A stretch of 64,000 nt of DNA, from NCBI GenBank assembly GCA_965232155.1, contig OZ246948.1:21698-85697 (forward strand). The letters are read 5' to 3'. The DNA comes from Thermodesulfobacteriota bacterium (GTDB lineage Bacteria; Desulfobacterota_D; UBA1144; Nemesobacterales; Nemesobacteraceae). The first letter of the stretch is position 1. Every line of letters begins with the position of its first letter. The notes under the pieces are model-generated. The model ran no database searches. It was not told the origin of the DNA and saw nothing but the letters and a program-made list of their open reading frames with translations. The position numbers were made by a program, and so were the translations under genes. Shown here in pieces: positions 22,819 through 32,748 of the stretch.

Positions 22819-24650
22819 TTATTCAACCGTAACAACCTTGGCCAGATTTCTTGGCTGATCAACATCTGTCCCCAGAATATTGGCTACGTGGTAAGCCATA
22901 AATTGAACGGGGACAACCGATACCATCGGGCTTACAAGGTAAGGGCTTTTCGGAATCACTATCTTCCTGTCCCTTTCATCGGGAAGCCGAAGTTCTCTAT
23001 CCGAAGTTATGAAGATTATTCGCCCTCCCCTGGCCTTTATCTCGTGAAAATTTCCAAGGAGCTTTTTATAATATACATCCTCCTCGGGAGCTATAAACAC
23101 AACGGGCATGTTCCTGTCTATAAGAGCTATGGGACCGTGCTTCATCTCCCCGGCGGCATATCCCTCGGCGTGGATGTATGAAACCTCTTTGAGCTTAAGC
23201 GCTCCCTCAAGAGCCACTGGGTAGTTAATCCCCCGGCCAAGATATATGAAATTCCTGTAACCGTAAAAATCTCTTGAAAGCTCCCTGAGATGTTCGTCGA
23301 GTCCAAGAACTTCCTGCTGAAGTTTTGAAACCGATATGGCATCGGCTATCAGCTGCCGCGCCCTCTTTGAATCAATCGCCTTCCTTGAAATCGCAAGATA
23401 TACGGAAAGGAGGTAGAACGCCATTACCTGCGTCGTGAAGGACTTAGTGGAGGCAACCCCAATCTCAGGACCCGCCTTTGTGGCTATGACGCAGTCAGAC
23501 TCTCTTGAGATTTTGCTCAGCGCAACGTTCGTTATGCCGATTGAGTTCATGCCGAGTTCCTTGGCCTTTAGGAGTGCTTCAGAGGTGTCCGCGGTCTCAC
23601 CCGACTGAGAAACCGCGATAAAAAGGGTGTCGGGGTCAACGACAGGATTTCTGTATCGGAACTCTGACGCGAGTTCCACCTGAGTGTTCACTCCGGCCAC
23701 TTCCTCAATCATGTACTTCCCTATAAGGGAGGCGTGGTAGGAAGTGCCGCAGGCAGCAATAGTGATTCTTTGCGTGTTTCGCAGAAGCGAGGGGTCCAAG
23801 GCCCTCAAGAATCACTTTCTCTCATGTCCGCCGTGAATTTCCCCCGAAGCGTATCGAAGATGGCCGTGGGCTGTTCGAAAATTTCCTTCAGCATGTAATG
23901 GCGATAGCCCGACTTCTCGGTTACGGAAGGATCCCAGTCCACAACCGTGAGGTCTCTCCTCACCTCTCCGCCGGCAGCGTCGATTATGGAAACGCCGTTT
24001 TCGTCCAGAACCGCAAAATCGTTATCTTCAAGGAAAATAAATTCCCTAGTGTAGGGCAGAATCGCGGGGATATCTGAAGCCAGAAAACATTCGTTTCCGC
24101 TGCGCGCCACTATAAGAGGAGAAAAACGCCTGGTGGCGATTATCTTCCCGGGTTCCGTATCCGACATGACCGCCACCGCGTAAGAGCCCTCTATCTTCTC
24201 AAAGGCTTTTCTCGCTGATTCAAGAAGGGAGTCTCCTTTTTCCGTAAAATCGCGGATCAGATGGGAGATGACTTCGGTATCGGTATCGGAGGAAAATTCA
24301 TAACCCGCGGCGATAAGTTCATCCTTAAGCTCGGGGTAGTTCTCCACTATTCCGTTATGCACTACGCTTATCGGGCCGGATACCTGAGGGTGGGCGTTTC
24401 GCTCCGAGGGGTCGCCGTGGGTGGCCCATCTGGTGTGAGCGATGCCGAGCGGTGAGGTCACCTCGCAGTCCTTTAGCTTGGTGAAAAGGTTTTCAAGTTT
24501 CCCCTCGCTTCTTATGACGCGGGAGCGACCGTTTTCAACAAAGCATATCCCGGAGGAATCGTAGCCCCTGTACTCCAGTCTCCCCAGGCTTTCGCAGAGA
24601 ACGCTCTTGGTTCTGTCCGAACTTCCCACGTATCCCACTATTCCGCACAT
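22819..24650 (-). CDS. glmS: Glutamine--fructose-6-phosphate aminotransferase. It is interrupted by a 1-nt frame change at about 23805-23811. The N-terminal GATase part is 23805..24650 and the C-terminal SIS part is 22819..23808.
   Basis: The N-terminal ORF begins with Cys1 (MCGIVGYVG) and ends ...TLRGKFTADMRESDS*. The C-terminal ORF starts LRALDPSLLRNTQRITIAACGTSYHAS. Read together they align colinearly with full-length GlmS, summing to 610 aa. Confidence 0.8.
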
Positions 24651-24651
24651 T

Positions 24652-26037
24652 TCAGGACTTCTCCTTCTTCACCTTTTTTCTCTCAGCCCAGCCGGTTACT
24701 TCCTTCTGCCCGGCACGCTCTATTGCCAGAGCACCCGGAGAAACGTCTTTAGTTATCGTGGAACCCGCTGCCGTAGTGCCTTCTTTTCCAACCCTGACCG
24801 GCGCGACAAGCATGGTGTCGCTTCCTATGAAAGCACCATCTTCGATCACGGTCCTGTGCTTGTTTACCCCGTCGTAGTTGCAGGTGATGGTTCCGGCGCC
24901 GATATTAACTCCGTCGCCGATATCAGCATCTCCCACGTACGAAAGATGCGGGACCTTGGAACCAATCCCTATTTCCGATTTCTTTATTTCAACGAAGTTG
25001 CCGATCTTGGCCCCGTCTTTTATCCTGGCCTCGGGCCGAAGGTGACAGAAAGGACCCATCACGACGCCGTTTTCGACTTCGCATCCCGTAAGATAAGAGG
25101 AAAACCTTATCTCGACATTGTTTCCTATACGTGAATCTTCAATGTACACAGACGGCCCTATGCGACAGCCGTCGCCGATACTGGTTTCGCCGTAAATATA
25201 GGTATTCGGACACACGGTCGTATCCCTGCCTATGCTGACAGAGTCAGATATGTAGGTGGTTTCGGGATCCTCTATGGTGACCCCGTTCTCCATGTGGCGG
25301 CGGTTTATTGCCTGTCTCATGGTTTTTTCCGCCTCGCCGAGCTGCTCTCTGCTGTTCACTCCGGACACCTCCTTTGGGTCCGCCAGGGTGAAAGCCAGAA
25401 GTCTGCGTTTGCTGGAAACGCAGAGATCCACAATTCCTGGCAGATAATACTCTCCCTGGCTGTTTTCACTATCAAGTCCGCCCAGGCTCTCCCAGAGAAA
25501 GGAGGAATTCACGCAGTAAATGCCCGCGTTTATCTCATTTTCCTTCTTCTCGTCCGCCGTGGCGTCTTTTTCCTCAACAACGCGAAGCACCTGCCCTTCG
25601 GCATCCCTCAGTACTCTGCCGTATCCGCGAGGATCCTCCACAAGAGTGGACATTAATGAGAGGTCCGCTCCGTTTTTCGCGTGAGAATCGGTGAATTCGC
25701 GCAGAGAAAAAAAATTTATCGCGGGAACATCCCCGCTCAGTATGAGAATATCTCCCGAGAAATCCCGAAACGCATTCTCGCAGCATGAAACCGCGTGCCC
25801 GGTTCCAAGCTGCGGTTCCTGAATAACTACTTCCACGGGGTAATCCGAGACCCCTTCCTTCACAAGTTCCGAGTCATGTCCCAGTACAAGCACTATTTTC
25901 TCGGCTTTCATCTTCTGTGCCGCTTCAAGGACATAGTGCAGCATGGGCTTTTTCAGGATTGGGTGCAGCACCTTGGGGAGTTGCGAATTCATGCGGACTC
26001 CCCTGCCCGCCGCCAGAATTATAACGGCCAGAGACAT
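24652..26037 (-). CDS. glmU: Bifunctional UDP-GlcNAc pyrophosphorylase / GlcN-1-P acetyltransferase
   Basis: 461 aa; N-terminal LAAGRGVRM, C-terminal left-handed beta-helix hexapeptide repeats. Confidence 0.95.
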   Translation of the reverse strand: MSLAVIILAAGRGVRMNSQLPKVLHPILKKPMLHYVLEAAQKMKAEKIVLVLGHDSELVKEGVSDYPVEVVIQEPQLGTGHAVSCCENAFRDFSGDILILSGDVPAINFFSLREFTDSHAKNGADLSLMSTLVEDPRGYGRVLRDAEGQVLRVVEEKDATADEKKENEINAGIYCVNSSFLWESLGGLDSENSQGEYYLPGIVDLCVSSKRRLLAFTLADPKEVSGVNSREQLGEAEKTMRQAINRRHMENGVTIEDPETTYISDSVSIGRDTTVCPNTYIYGETSIGDGCRIGPSVYIEDSRIGNNVEIRFSSYLTGCEVENGVVMGPFCHLRPEARIKDGAKIGNFVEIKKSEIGIGSKVPHLSYVGDADIGDGVNIGAGTITCNYDGVNKHRTVIEDGAFIGSDTMLVAPVRVGKEGTTAAGSTITKDVSPGALAIERAGQKEVTGWAERKKVKKEKS

Positions 26038-26068
26038 AACCTTAATGTGTCAGTAAAAACCAAAAGAA

Positions 26069-26497
26069 TCAGAACGGGACGTCGTCATCCGTCATGCCGG
26101 CGCCCTCTTCATAGGAGAAGTCGTCTTCTGCAGGGGGCGCTCCGCCGCCCTGCCTCCCGCTCTCCCCCCTGGGGGAGAGGAACTGCACGGTTCTTCCCAC
26201 GATCTCGGTCGTATACCTCTTGTTTCCTTCCCTGTCGTCCCATGAGCGAGTTCTTAGATAACCCTCCACGTAAACGGAACTTCCTTTGGAAAGATACTCT
26301 CCGCAGACCTCTCCTAACCTTTCAAACACAACTACCCTGTGCCACTCGGTGCGTTCCTGGGAGTTTCCGTCCCTGTCTCTCCATTTTTCCGTTGTAGCAA
26401 CAGAAAAATTGGTAACCGCCTTTCCGTCCGCCGTGTACCTTACTTCGGGGTCTCTTCCCAGATTCCCGAGTATTATAGCCTTGTTAACCGCTGCCAT
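26069..26497 (-). CDS. ssb: Single-stranded DNA-binding protein
   Basis: OB fold with a Gly-rich linker and an acidic DDDVPF tail. Confidence 0.95.
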   Translation of the reverse strand: MAAVNKAIILGNLGRDPEVRYTADGKAVTNFSVATTEKWRDRDGNSQERTEWHRVVVFERLGEVCGEYLSKGSSVYVEGYLRTRSWDDREGNKRYTTEIVGRTVQFLSPRGESGRQGGGAPPAEDDFSYEEGAGMTDDDVPF

Positions 26498-26559
26498 TAG
26501 CCTTGATCACCGCCGTTTTCAGGTTCTGGGAATTCTACATGAATATCCCACATATTTAA

Positions 26560-26608
26560 ATATAAGGAGAAAGCTCCCAACTAACGCAAATTACGTTTTA
26601 TGTTAGTT
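26560..26608 (-). promoter_or_regulatory. Candidate ssb promoter (-35 TTGCGT, -10 TTATAT), with an overlapping inverted repeat AACTAAC-N16-GTTAGTT
   Basis: Read on the minus strand about 55-110 nt upstream of the ssb ATG. Confidence 0.3.
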
Positions 26609-26681
26609 AGATGAAAACAGCTGACACAGATAAAAGTTAAAGGAAGGAACCGGTATGCAGAAAAAAACTCTGAATATCCTC

Positions 26682-27278
26682 TCACCTCGTGAAACATCCC
26701 GATGTTTTCCTGAAGAATTCATTAAGTATTCTTCCCGTAAGTCCCCATATTATGTGATTGCGGTAGGCAAACACGTAATCATTTATTACTTTCCCGTCCC
26801 GTTTTCTTTCCCTTACATCCCTGTTTTTTGGGTTAACCAAGTGGGAAACCGGAACGCAGAAAAATTCCGAGACCTCGTAGTTTGGAACAAACCCCACTTC
26901 ACCATCTATCATGGCTACAAAAGGCTTTACCGCATACTGTCGTACGGAAGGAGTGTAGGGACGCACGAAATCCATTTCCCCGAGAATCTCCGCTTCCCGC
27001 CCGGCGTCAAAACCAAGCTCCTCTCCAGCTTCCCTAACAGCTGTATCAAGAAGAGTCGTGTCGCTTTGCTTTTTCTTTCCCCCCGGAAAGGCTACGTGAC
27101 CTGAAAAAACATCATCCCTGTGTTCTGTCCTCCTTATAAACCATATTCCATAATCTCCACCACGCTCGCAGAGCATAACCAGCACGGCGGACGCCAGAAG
27201 TTCCCCGCCCGGATCAAGGAGGGTTCCCGGAGGGTCTAGGACCCTTCTTATTCCTTCTTTTATGTTCATTGCGTCCAT
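26682..27278 (-). CDS. NUDIX hydrolase, CoA pyrophosphatase-like
   Basis: Nudix box GGKKKQSDTTLLDTAVREAGEELG, plus an upstream R..GHVAFPGG motif. Confidence 0.75.
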   Translation of the reverse strand: MDAMNIKEGIRRVLDPPGTLLDPGGELLASAVLVMLCERGGDYGIWFIRRTEHRDDVFSGHVAFPGGKKKQSDTTLLDTAVREAGEELGFDAGREAEILGEMDFVRPYTPSVRQYAVKPFVAMIDGEVGFVPNYEVSEFFCVPVSHLVNPKNRDVRERKRDGKVINDYVFAYRNHIIWGLTGRILNEFFRKTSGCFTR

Positions 27279-27284
27279 AAAAAA

Positions 27285-29231
27285 TTACGGATTGAGGGTC
27301 ACTATAATGCTCCCGTAGTCGTCCACTTCGCATTCGGTATCGGGAGGAATAAGGGAAGTGGCGGTTCTCTCATGAAGAATGCAGGGGCCTTCAAACTGAA
27401 AACCCGGCCGGAGTTTTTCCCTTTCACAGCATCCGGCCTTAATGCTCCTGCCCTCAAAAACCACCTCTTTTACGGAAAACCGAGGCTCCGCCCCCACAGC
27501 GGAGGGTGGAAGAATATTTATTTTACGCTCCGGCATGTAGGCCCTAAGTCTCAGGGTCACGATCTCGACTATAGAAGACTCCTTCCTGTATCCGTAAACT
27601 CTTTCATGCTCGCGGTGAAAATCCGAAGCCATGGTGTTGCTGTAGGGAATAGTGAGTTCATGGGACTGCCTTCGGTACCTAGCGTCAACATGCTTTTCGA
27701 ACCTGAGGTCCTCGCGTGCTAGGTCCTCGCGCGCGAGCTTTTCGAGATCCGCGAACTTCCGGTCCGTCTCCGCAAGGTGATCCCCGTCCGCTGAGGAAAA
27801 AAACGTGATTCCGTAATCCTTGAAGGAATCGGCAAGAAGCATCCCGTAGGCGGAAAGCGCTCCGGGATTCTGGGGAAACACGACTTCCCGTATGCCAAGG
27901 GAGCGGGCAAGCTCGCAGGCGTGAAGCCCTCCCGCGCCGCCGAATGAAACAAGCGAAAATTCCCTCGGATCGTAGCCCCTTCCGACCGATATCACGCGAA
28001 GGGCTTTTTCCATGTTTGAGTTTGAAATCCTGATTACGGATTCGGCGACCTGCTCTGCGGGGTGATCCGGGACAAGAGAGCGAATCGCTTCAAATGACCT
28101 TTCGGGGTATATATTCATCTCGCCGCCCAGGAACCAGCCGGGGTCCATTCTCCCGAGAACTATATTGGCATCCGTTACGGTCGGCAAAACGCCTTTCCCG
28201 TAACACGCGGGGCCGGGATCAGCACCGGCGCTTCTCGGGCCGACCTTAAGGATGCCCCCCTCGGCGATGTAAGCGATTGAACCGCCCCCGGACCCTATGG
28301 TCGAGATGTTTATCATCGGCACCTTAAGCGCGACGCCTCCCAGGGAATTCTCGGTAGTAAAGCTTATCTTGCCGTCGCAAAGGGATATGTCCGTCGAAGT
28401 TCCCCCCATGTCGTAGGTGATAATTTTCTTTCTCCCGGAAAGCGCGCATATCTGAAACGCCCCGACCACTCCCCCCGCGGGACCGGAAAGAACTATTTTT
28501 GCAGGCTCCTCGGCCGCCTGCTCGGCAGATATGACCCCGCCGTTTGACTGCATGATGGAAAGAGATTTTTTCCCGAGGGTGCGGGAGAGCGAACGCATGT
28601 ACTTGTTCACTTTCGGAATCAGATAGGAATTAAGTACCGTAGTCGAAGTCCTCTCATATTCCCTGAATTCCGCGACAAGCTCAGAGGAGAGGGTAATCGG
28701 GATGCCGAGTTCGGCGAGCGCAGCGCCAACCCTGCGTTCATTTTCGGGATTTGCGTAAGAATGGAGGAAACAGACCGCTATCGCCTCAACGCCCAGAGAA
28801 GATATCTCGTCCTTTATTTTCTCTACTTCAGCCTCATCCGGGCAAACAAGCACACAGCCTCGGTAATCCGTTCTCTCGGAAACGCCGAACCTTAGTTCCG
28901 GAAGTACAAGAGGGGCGGCCGGACTCCACAGCAGATCGTACAGTTTCTCCCTGTTCTGCCGCCTGATCTCGATTACGTCTTCAAAACCCCTTGTGGTGAC
29001 AAGGCAGGTCTTCGCCCCCTCCCGTTCCAAAAGAGCGTTCGTGGCCACGGTTGTTCCGTGAATAATTTCCGATATGCGGGAGGACTCAATGGGATGGGTC
29101 TTAAGACCGTTCAGTACTGCTATCGAAGGATCGCGGGGAGTGGAAGGAACCTTGTTTACCGATATTTCCTTTCCGTCGAAGAAAACAAAATCGGTGAAAG
29201 TCCCTCCCGCGTCTATGCCTACCGAGAGCAT
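27285..29231 (-). CDS. Hydantoinase/oxoprolinase family protein (HyuA-like A subunit). No B subunit is adjacent.
   Basis: 648 aa; MLSVGIDAGGTFTDFV N-terminus, actin-like ATPase fold. Confidence 0.75.
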   Translation of the reverse strand: MLSVGIDAGGTFTDFVFFDGKEISVNKVPSTPRDPSIAVLNGLKTHPIESSRISEIIHGTTVATNALLEREGAKTCLVTTRGFEDVIEIRRQNREKLYDLLWSPAAPLVLPELRFGVSERTDYRGCVLVCPDEAEVEKIKDEISSLGVEAIAVCFLHSYANPENERRVGAALAELGIPITLSSELVAEFREYERTSTTVLNSYLIPKVNKYMRSLSRTLGKKSLSIMQSNGGVISAEQAAEEPAKIVLSGPAGGVVGAFQICALSGRKKIITYDMGGTSTDISLCDGKISFTTENSLGGVALKVPMINISTIGSGGGSIAYIAEGGILKVGPRSAGADPGPACYGKGVLPTVTDANIVLGRMDPGWFLGGEMNIYPERSFEAIRSLVPDHPAEQVAESVIRISNSNMEKALRVISVGRGYDPREFSLVSFGGAGGLHACELARSLGIREVVFPQNPGALSAYGMLLADSFKDYGITFFSSADGDHLAETDRKFADLEKLAREDLAREDLRFEKHVDARYRRQSHELTIPYSNTMASDFHREHERVYGYRKESSIVEIVTLRLRAYMPERKINILPPSAVGAEPRFSVKEVVFEGRSIKAGCCEREKLRPGFQFEGPCILHERTATSLIPPDTECEVDDYGSIIVTLNP

Positions 29232-29260
29232 AAAAAGATCTTTACCTCGCTTTGCGCGGG

Positions 29261-29285
29261 TTAAAACCGCACGGGGCTACGTGCG
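29261..29285 (-). terminator. Candidate terminator after rpoZ
   Basis: On the minus strand, CGCACG-tagccc-CGTGCG forms a hairpin followed by TTTTAA. Confidence 0.3.
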
Positions 29286-29288
29286 CAA

Positions 29289-29501
29289 TCAGTAATTATC
29301 TCTATCCTTGGGATATATGACGTTTACCTTTCCTTCGGCTATCTCTCTTAACGCCGAAACAACATGTTTGTTGTCATCGTTCTCAGACGCCACTACGGTA
29401 GCTCCCTTGGATATCTGGCCCGCTCTTTTCATAGCCGCGATGGAAAGAGCAAACCTGTTCTCAACTTTCTCTAAGCAGTCTTCAATTGTAATTCTGGCCA
29501 T
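29289..29501 (-). CDS. rpoZ: DNA-directed RNA polymerase subunit omega
   Basis: [27 protein letters not shown]. Confidence 0.9.
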   Translation of the reverse strand: MARITIEDCLEKVENRFALSIAAMKRAGQISKGATVVASENDDNKHVVSALREIAEGKVNVIYPKDRDNY

Positions 29502-29617
29502 GGATTGTTACCTTCCTTAATCAATACCTAATCTGAATACTATACCCAATATCTTTCGACTCTTTCCCGTAATGTCAATTAATCGCCTTGACACTTCCTT
29601 CACTAAAATGTTCGATC

Positions 29618-31348
29618 CTAGTCATCAACAGGAACAAGTTCACGGTTCCCCGCGCCGGGAAGCACACCAAGGATCTTTTCACTTGAAGTCAGTTCGCTGA
29701 ATTCCGGGCGTTTGACGGTATCCACATATATCCACCGCGATCTGGCCTCTTTCGGGGTAAAACTCACTATGATATAACCGCGGTCCTTTGCGTTTGAATA
29801 GACAAGACCGTCAACCAGCACTTCCAGATGCCGGGCAAACTTCTCGGCCTGTTCTGGTTCAAGTTTAAGATAGGTTTCAAGACCTCCCGAGGACACAGAC
29901 CCGGTGGCAAATTCAACGCCTACCTGATTACCTTCTGCGTCCCTGAGATTGCTCGCCCATCCGTTATGCGTGTCCCCGGCAAGCACTACCAAGTTCTTAT
30001 CCCCTCCGTAAGCCGCGCCTAGCACCGCTTCGCGCTCAGCAGGGTAACCGTCCCAGGCATCAAGATTATAGGGAAGCACAGTGTTTATACGGTCCCGCTC
30101 ATCCTGGGTCACGGAAGGATCATCTCGCAGGACCCGGGCCTTGATCTCGGTCAGTTCACCAATAAGATCCGCAACCTGCGGCGTACGATCGCCCAGACGG
30201 GGGATTATTTCAGCTGGAATGTTCATTCTGCCCATAAGCACCTGCTGGCCCAGAACCTGCCAGACGGCGGTTGAACCATCAAGTTTCCCCTGAAGCCAGG
30301 CAAGCTGATCCCTACCAAGCAGGGTTCGTTCCGGAGAACCGATATCCTCGCGAAAACTCCTGGCATTAAAACCGGTATCGGGGTCGGAATAATCCTTGTA
30401 ACTGAGCTGTTTTTCCCGTCCGGCAAGGCGGGTGTCAAGCATGAAAAGTTCAACCAGGTTTCCAAAAGAAAAACTGCGGTAGATCCGCCCGGAAGCATTC
30501 TCTTTTACGGGGCGAACCGGCATCCACTCGTAATAGGCCCTGAGCGCAGCTTCCTTGCGCGCACCGAAACTGCCTTCACCTTCATTATGGTTCCGCGCGC
30601 CTCCCGCATAAGCGTCGTTTGCGAGCTCATGATCGTCCCAGACGGTGATGAACGGATGCGCGGCATGAAGGGCCTGAAGCTGCGGATCGGTTCTGTATAG
30701 CGCGTAACGCTTTCGGTAATCATCAAGCGTCAGGATTTCCTTATCGCTGTATTCCGGAAAGTCCCTGCCGGACCCCTGGGAATTATCATTCTCCGAACCC
30801 GGCGCCTTTCCGTACTCGTAAATATAATCGCCGAGGTGTAACACGGCATCGACATCAGCCGTTTCTGCCGCGTGGCCGTAAACGTTAAAGTAACCGCCAC
30901 GAGAGACAGGATAGTCTGCGCATGAAAACACCGCCAATCTGACTGAATCCACATCGCCCCGGGGCAAGGTCTTGGTACGACCGATAACGGATGCAGTACT
31001 GCCTGAGCGGAAACGGTAGTAATAGACCGTTCCTGCCGAAAGTCCCCCGACATCAGTCTTGATGGTGTAGTCGCTCTCGGCCGTGGCGCTCTTAAGAGAA
31101 CTGTGAACAATGTTTCTGAATTTCTCATCCGAAGCGACTTCGACCCTCACCCTGACTTCTCTCTGAGATTCCCGGGGAGTGACTCTCGTCCAGAGAATAA
31201 CCCTGTCATCCAGGGGGTCGCCGCTTGCGACACCATGTTCGAAACTCACGCGCTGCGAACCGCCCCAAAGCGCGAAATCAATAACAACAATCAGAAGGGC
31301 GAAAAGCAAAACGGCCGAAGCATGAACAAGATGTTTTCTAGAAAACAC
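29618..31348 (-). CDS. phoD: PhoD-family alkaline phosphatase / metallophosphoesterase
   Basis: 576 aa; N-terminal hydrophobic segment and a calcineurin-like GDYIYEYG motif. Confidence 0.8.
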   Translation of the reverse strand: MFSRKHLVHASAVLLFALLIVVIDFALWGGSQRVSFEHGVASGDPLDDRVILWTRVTPRESQREVRVRVEVASDEKFRNIVHSSLKSATAESDYTIKTDVGGLSAGTVYYYRFRSGSTASVIGRTKTLPRGDVDSVRLAVFSCADYPVSRGGYFNVYGHAAETADVDAVLHLGDYIYEYGKAPGSENDNSQGSGRDFPEYSDKEILTLDDYRKRYALYRTDPQLQALHAAHPFITVWDDHELANDAYAGGARNHNEGEGSFGARKEAALRAYYEWMPVRPVKENASGRIYRSFSFGNLVELFMLDTRLAGREKQLSYKDYSDPDTGFNARSFREDIGSPERTLLGRDQLAWLQGKLDGSTAVWQVLGQQVLMGRMNIPAEIIPRLGDRTPQVADLIGELTEIKARVLRDDPSVTQDERDRINTVLPYNLDAWDGYPAEREAVLGAAYGGDKNLVVLAGDTHNGWASNLRDAEGNQVGVEFATGSVSSGGLETYLKLEPEQAEKFARHLEVLVDGLVYSNAKDRGYIIVSFTPKEARSRWIYVDTVKRPEFSELTSSEKILGVLPGAGNRELVPVDD

Positions 31349-31484
31349 AGATGCGATTCCTCCCCGCGCACAGCAGTCTTACAGTATACACCCAAAATCA
31401 ACAGCAACTCGGAGAAAAACTGTCGTAGAGAAAAACAGCCGAATCGAGCCCTTAACGCGGCGGTTTCCCCGTCCCGTCAGTTCT

Positions 31485-31512
31485 TTGACAACGGAAGCTT
31501 TGCAATTATTAT
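31485..31512 (+). promoter_or_regulatory. Candidate sigma70 promoter for hisIE
   Basis: TTGACA, then 16 nt, then TATTAT, about 30 nt upstream of the ATG at 31544. Confidence 0.4.
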
Positions 31513-31543
31513 CTTCTCGTACTTTCAGGGAAACGAAAACCCC

Positions 31544-32203
31544 ATGAATATGAAACTGGAAGAACTCAAGTTCAACAACGAAGGTCTTTTGCCCGTGATA
31601 GTGCAGGACAGTTCAAGCGGGCAGGTGCTCATGCTCGCATATGCGAACAAAGAGGCTCTCGAGCTGACTGTCAAGACTGGAAGGACCCACTTCTGGAGCA
31701 GATCAAGAAAAAAGATCTGGAACAAGGGGGAAGAATCAGGCCATTTTCAGGATGTAAAGGAAATCTTCGTTGACTGCGACTGCGATACGGTGCTTGTAAC
31801 CGTGGAGCAGACCGGAGTAGCCTGCCACACCGGAAGACCGACATGCTTATACAGAACCGGGGATATGGAAGAAAAAGCTGCCCCAGTGTTCGAGAAAGCC
31901 TCGCTCAGAAAGGTGTTTTCCGTAATAGAAGACAGGAAGAAAAACCCCAAGGAAGGCTCTTATGTAAGCGGCCTTATGAAGGGCGGGATAGACAGGATAC
32001 TTAAAAAAATCGGAGAGGAGGCAGGCGAAGTAGTAATAGCCGCCAAGAACAGGGATAAGGACGAACTCGTCTACGAACTTACCGATTTGTGGTTCCATTC
32101 AATGGTGCTTCTCTGCGAAGCGGGTCTTCAGCCTCAGGACATATCGGATGAACTTGAGAGAAGGTTCGGCAGGCGCAAGGAAGAGTACGCGCAGAAAAAG
32201 TAG
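31544..32203 (+). CDS. hisIE: Bifunctional phosphoribosyl-AMP cyclohydrolase / phosphoribosyl-ATP pyrophosphatase
   Basis: The 366-aa ORF on the track extends N-terminally with junk sequence. The real start is [10 protein letters not shown]. The HisI CxC...C motif is followed by the HisE domain. Confidence 0.85.
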   Translation: MNMKLEELKFNNEGLLPVIVQDSSSGQVLMLAYANKEALELTVKTGRTHFWSRSRKKIWNKGEESGHFQDVKEIFVDCDCDTVLVTVEQTGVACHTGRPTCLYRTGDMEEKAAPVFEKASLRKVFSVIEDRKKNPKEGSYVSGLMKGGIDRILKKIGEEAGEVVIAAKNRDKDELVYELTDLWFHSMVLLCEAGLQPQDISDELERRFGRRKEEYAQKK

Positions 32204-32225
32204 TACGAAGAAAGACTGGAAGGCC

Positions 32226-32245
32226 GGACAGTACTTTACTGTCTT
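32226..32245 (+). terminator. Candidate rho-independent terminator after hisIE
   Basis: GACAGTA-ctt-TACTGTC hairpin followed by TTTTG. Confidence 0.35.
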
Positions 32246-32739
32246 TTGCCCTTGGGGGGCCTGTGGCTTTTAGGCCTGTCCTTTTCCTCTATGTACTCTC
32301 CTATGTGAGTTCTGTTCCTGACCGAAGGCGGCAGATTCGAGAGATCCGGCTTCGGCATATTGGTTGAGAGGTCCTTGGTAAAAGCGAAAGTCGAAATAAC
32401 TTTCTCCACTTTCTTTTTCTCCCCGCAGGGGCACTTTACGTTTTTCTCGTCCCCCTCTTCGTATATAAGCTCGGAAAACCTGTAGTTTTGCATGTTAAAA
32501 AGCGCAAGCAAGGCTCCGTCGTCAAGATAGAAATCGCTGAATACGGAGTCTTTTCCCTTTCTTCCGTGCTTCGCGACTATTTTTTCGCGTTCAAGGTCGA
32601 TAAGTTCTATCGCGTAGATGTTGTCATATCTCTCGACAAGATTTTTTACGGTCTCCTTGTCCCGTTTTCTCTCAAGAGCCTTTAGTGATTTCTCAACATT
32701 GTCTCTGCACTTGATGCATTCAAATTCATAGAGGGGCAT
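32236..32739 (-). CDS. FmdB-family-like zinc-ribbon protein with an insert of about 85 aa between the two CxxC knuckles (paralog 1)
   Basis: MPLYEFECIKCRD...(insert)...VKCPCGEKKKVEKVISTFAF. An AGGAGA Shine-Dalgarno lies in the 9-nt gap to the upstream paralog. Confidence 0.6.
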   Translation of the reverse strand: MPLYEFECIKCRDNVEKSLKALERKRDKETVKNLVERYDNIYAIELIDLEREKIVAKHGRKGKDSVFSDFYLDDGALLALFNMQNYRFSELIYEEGDEKNVKCPCGEKKKVEKVISTFAFTKDLSTNMPKPDLSNLPPSVRNRTHIGEYIEEKDRPKSHRPPKGKRQ

Positions 32740-32748
32740 TCGCGTCTC

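Noticed and set aside
31103-31543. N-terminal 147 residues of the 366-aa ORF upstream of hisIE
   Set aside because: They overlap the phoD 5' end on the other strand and show no homology. A good internal ATG (MNMKLEEL) starts the conserved HisI domain.
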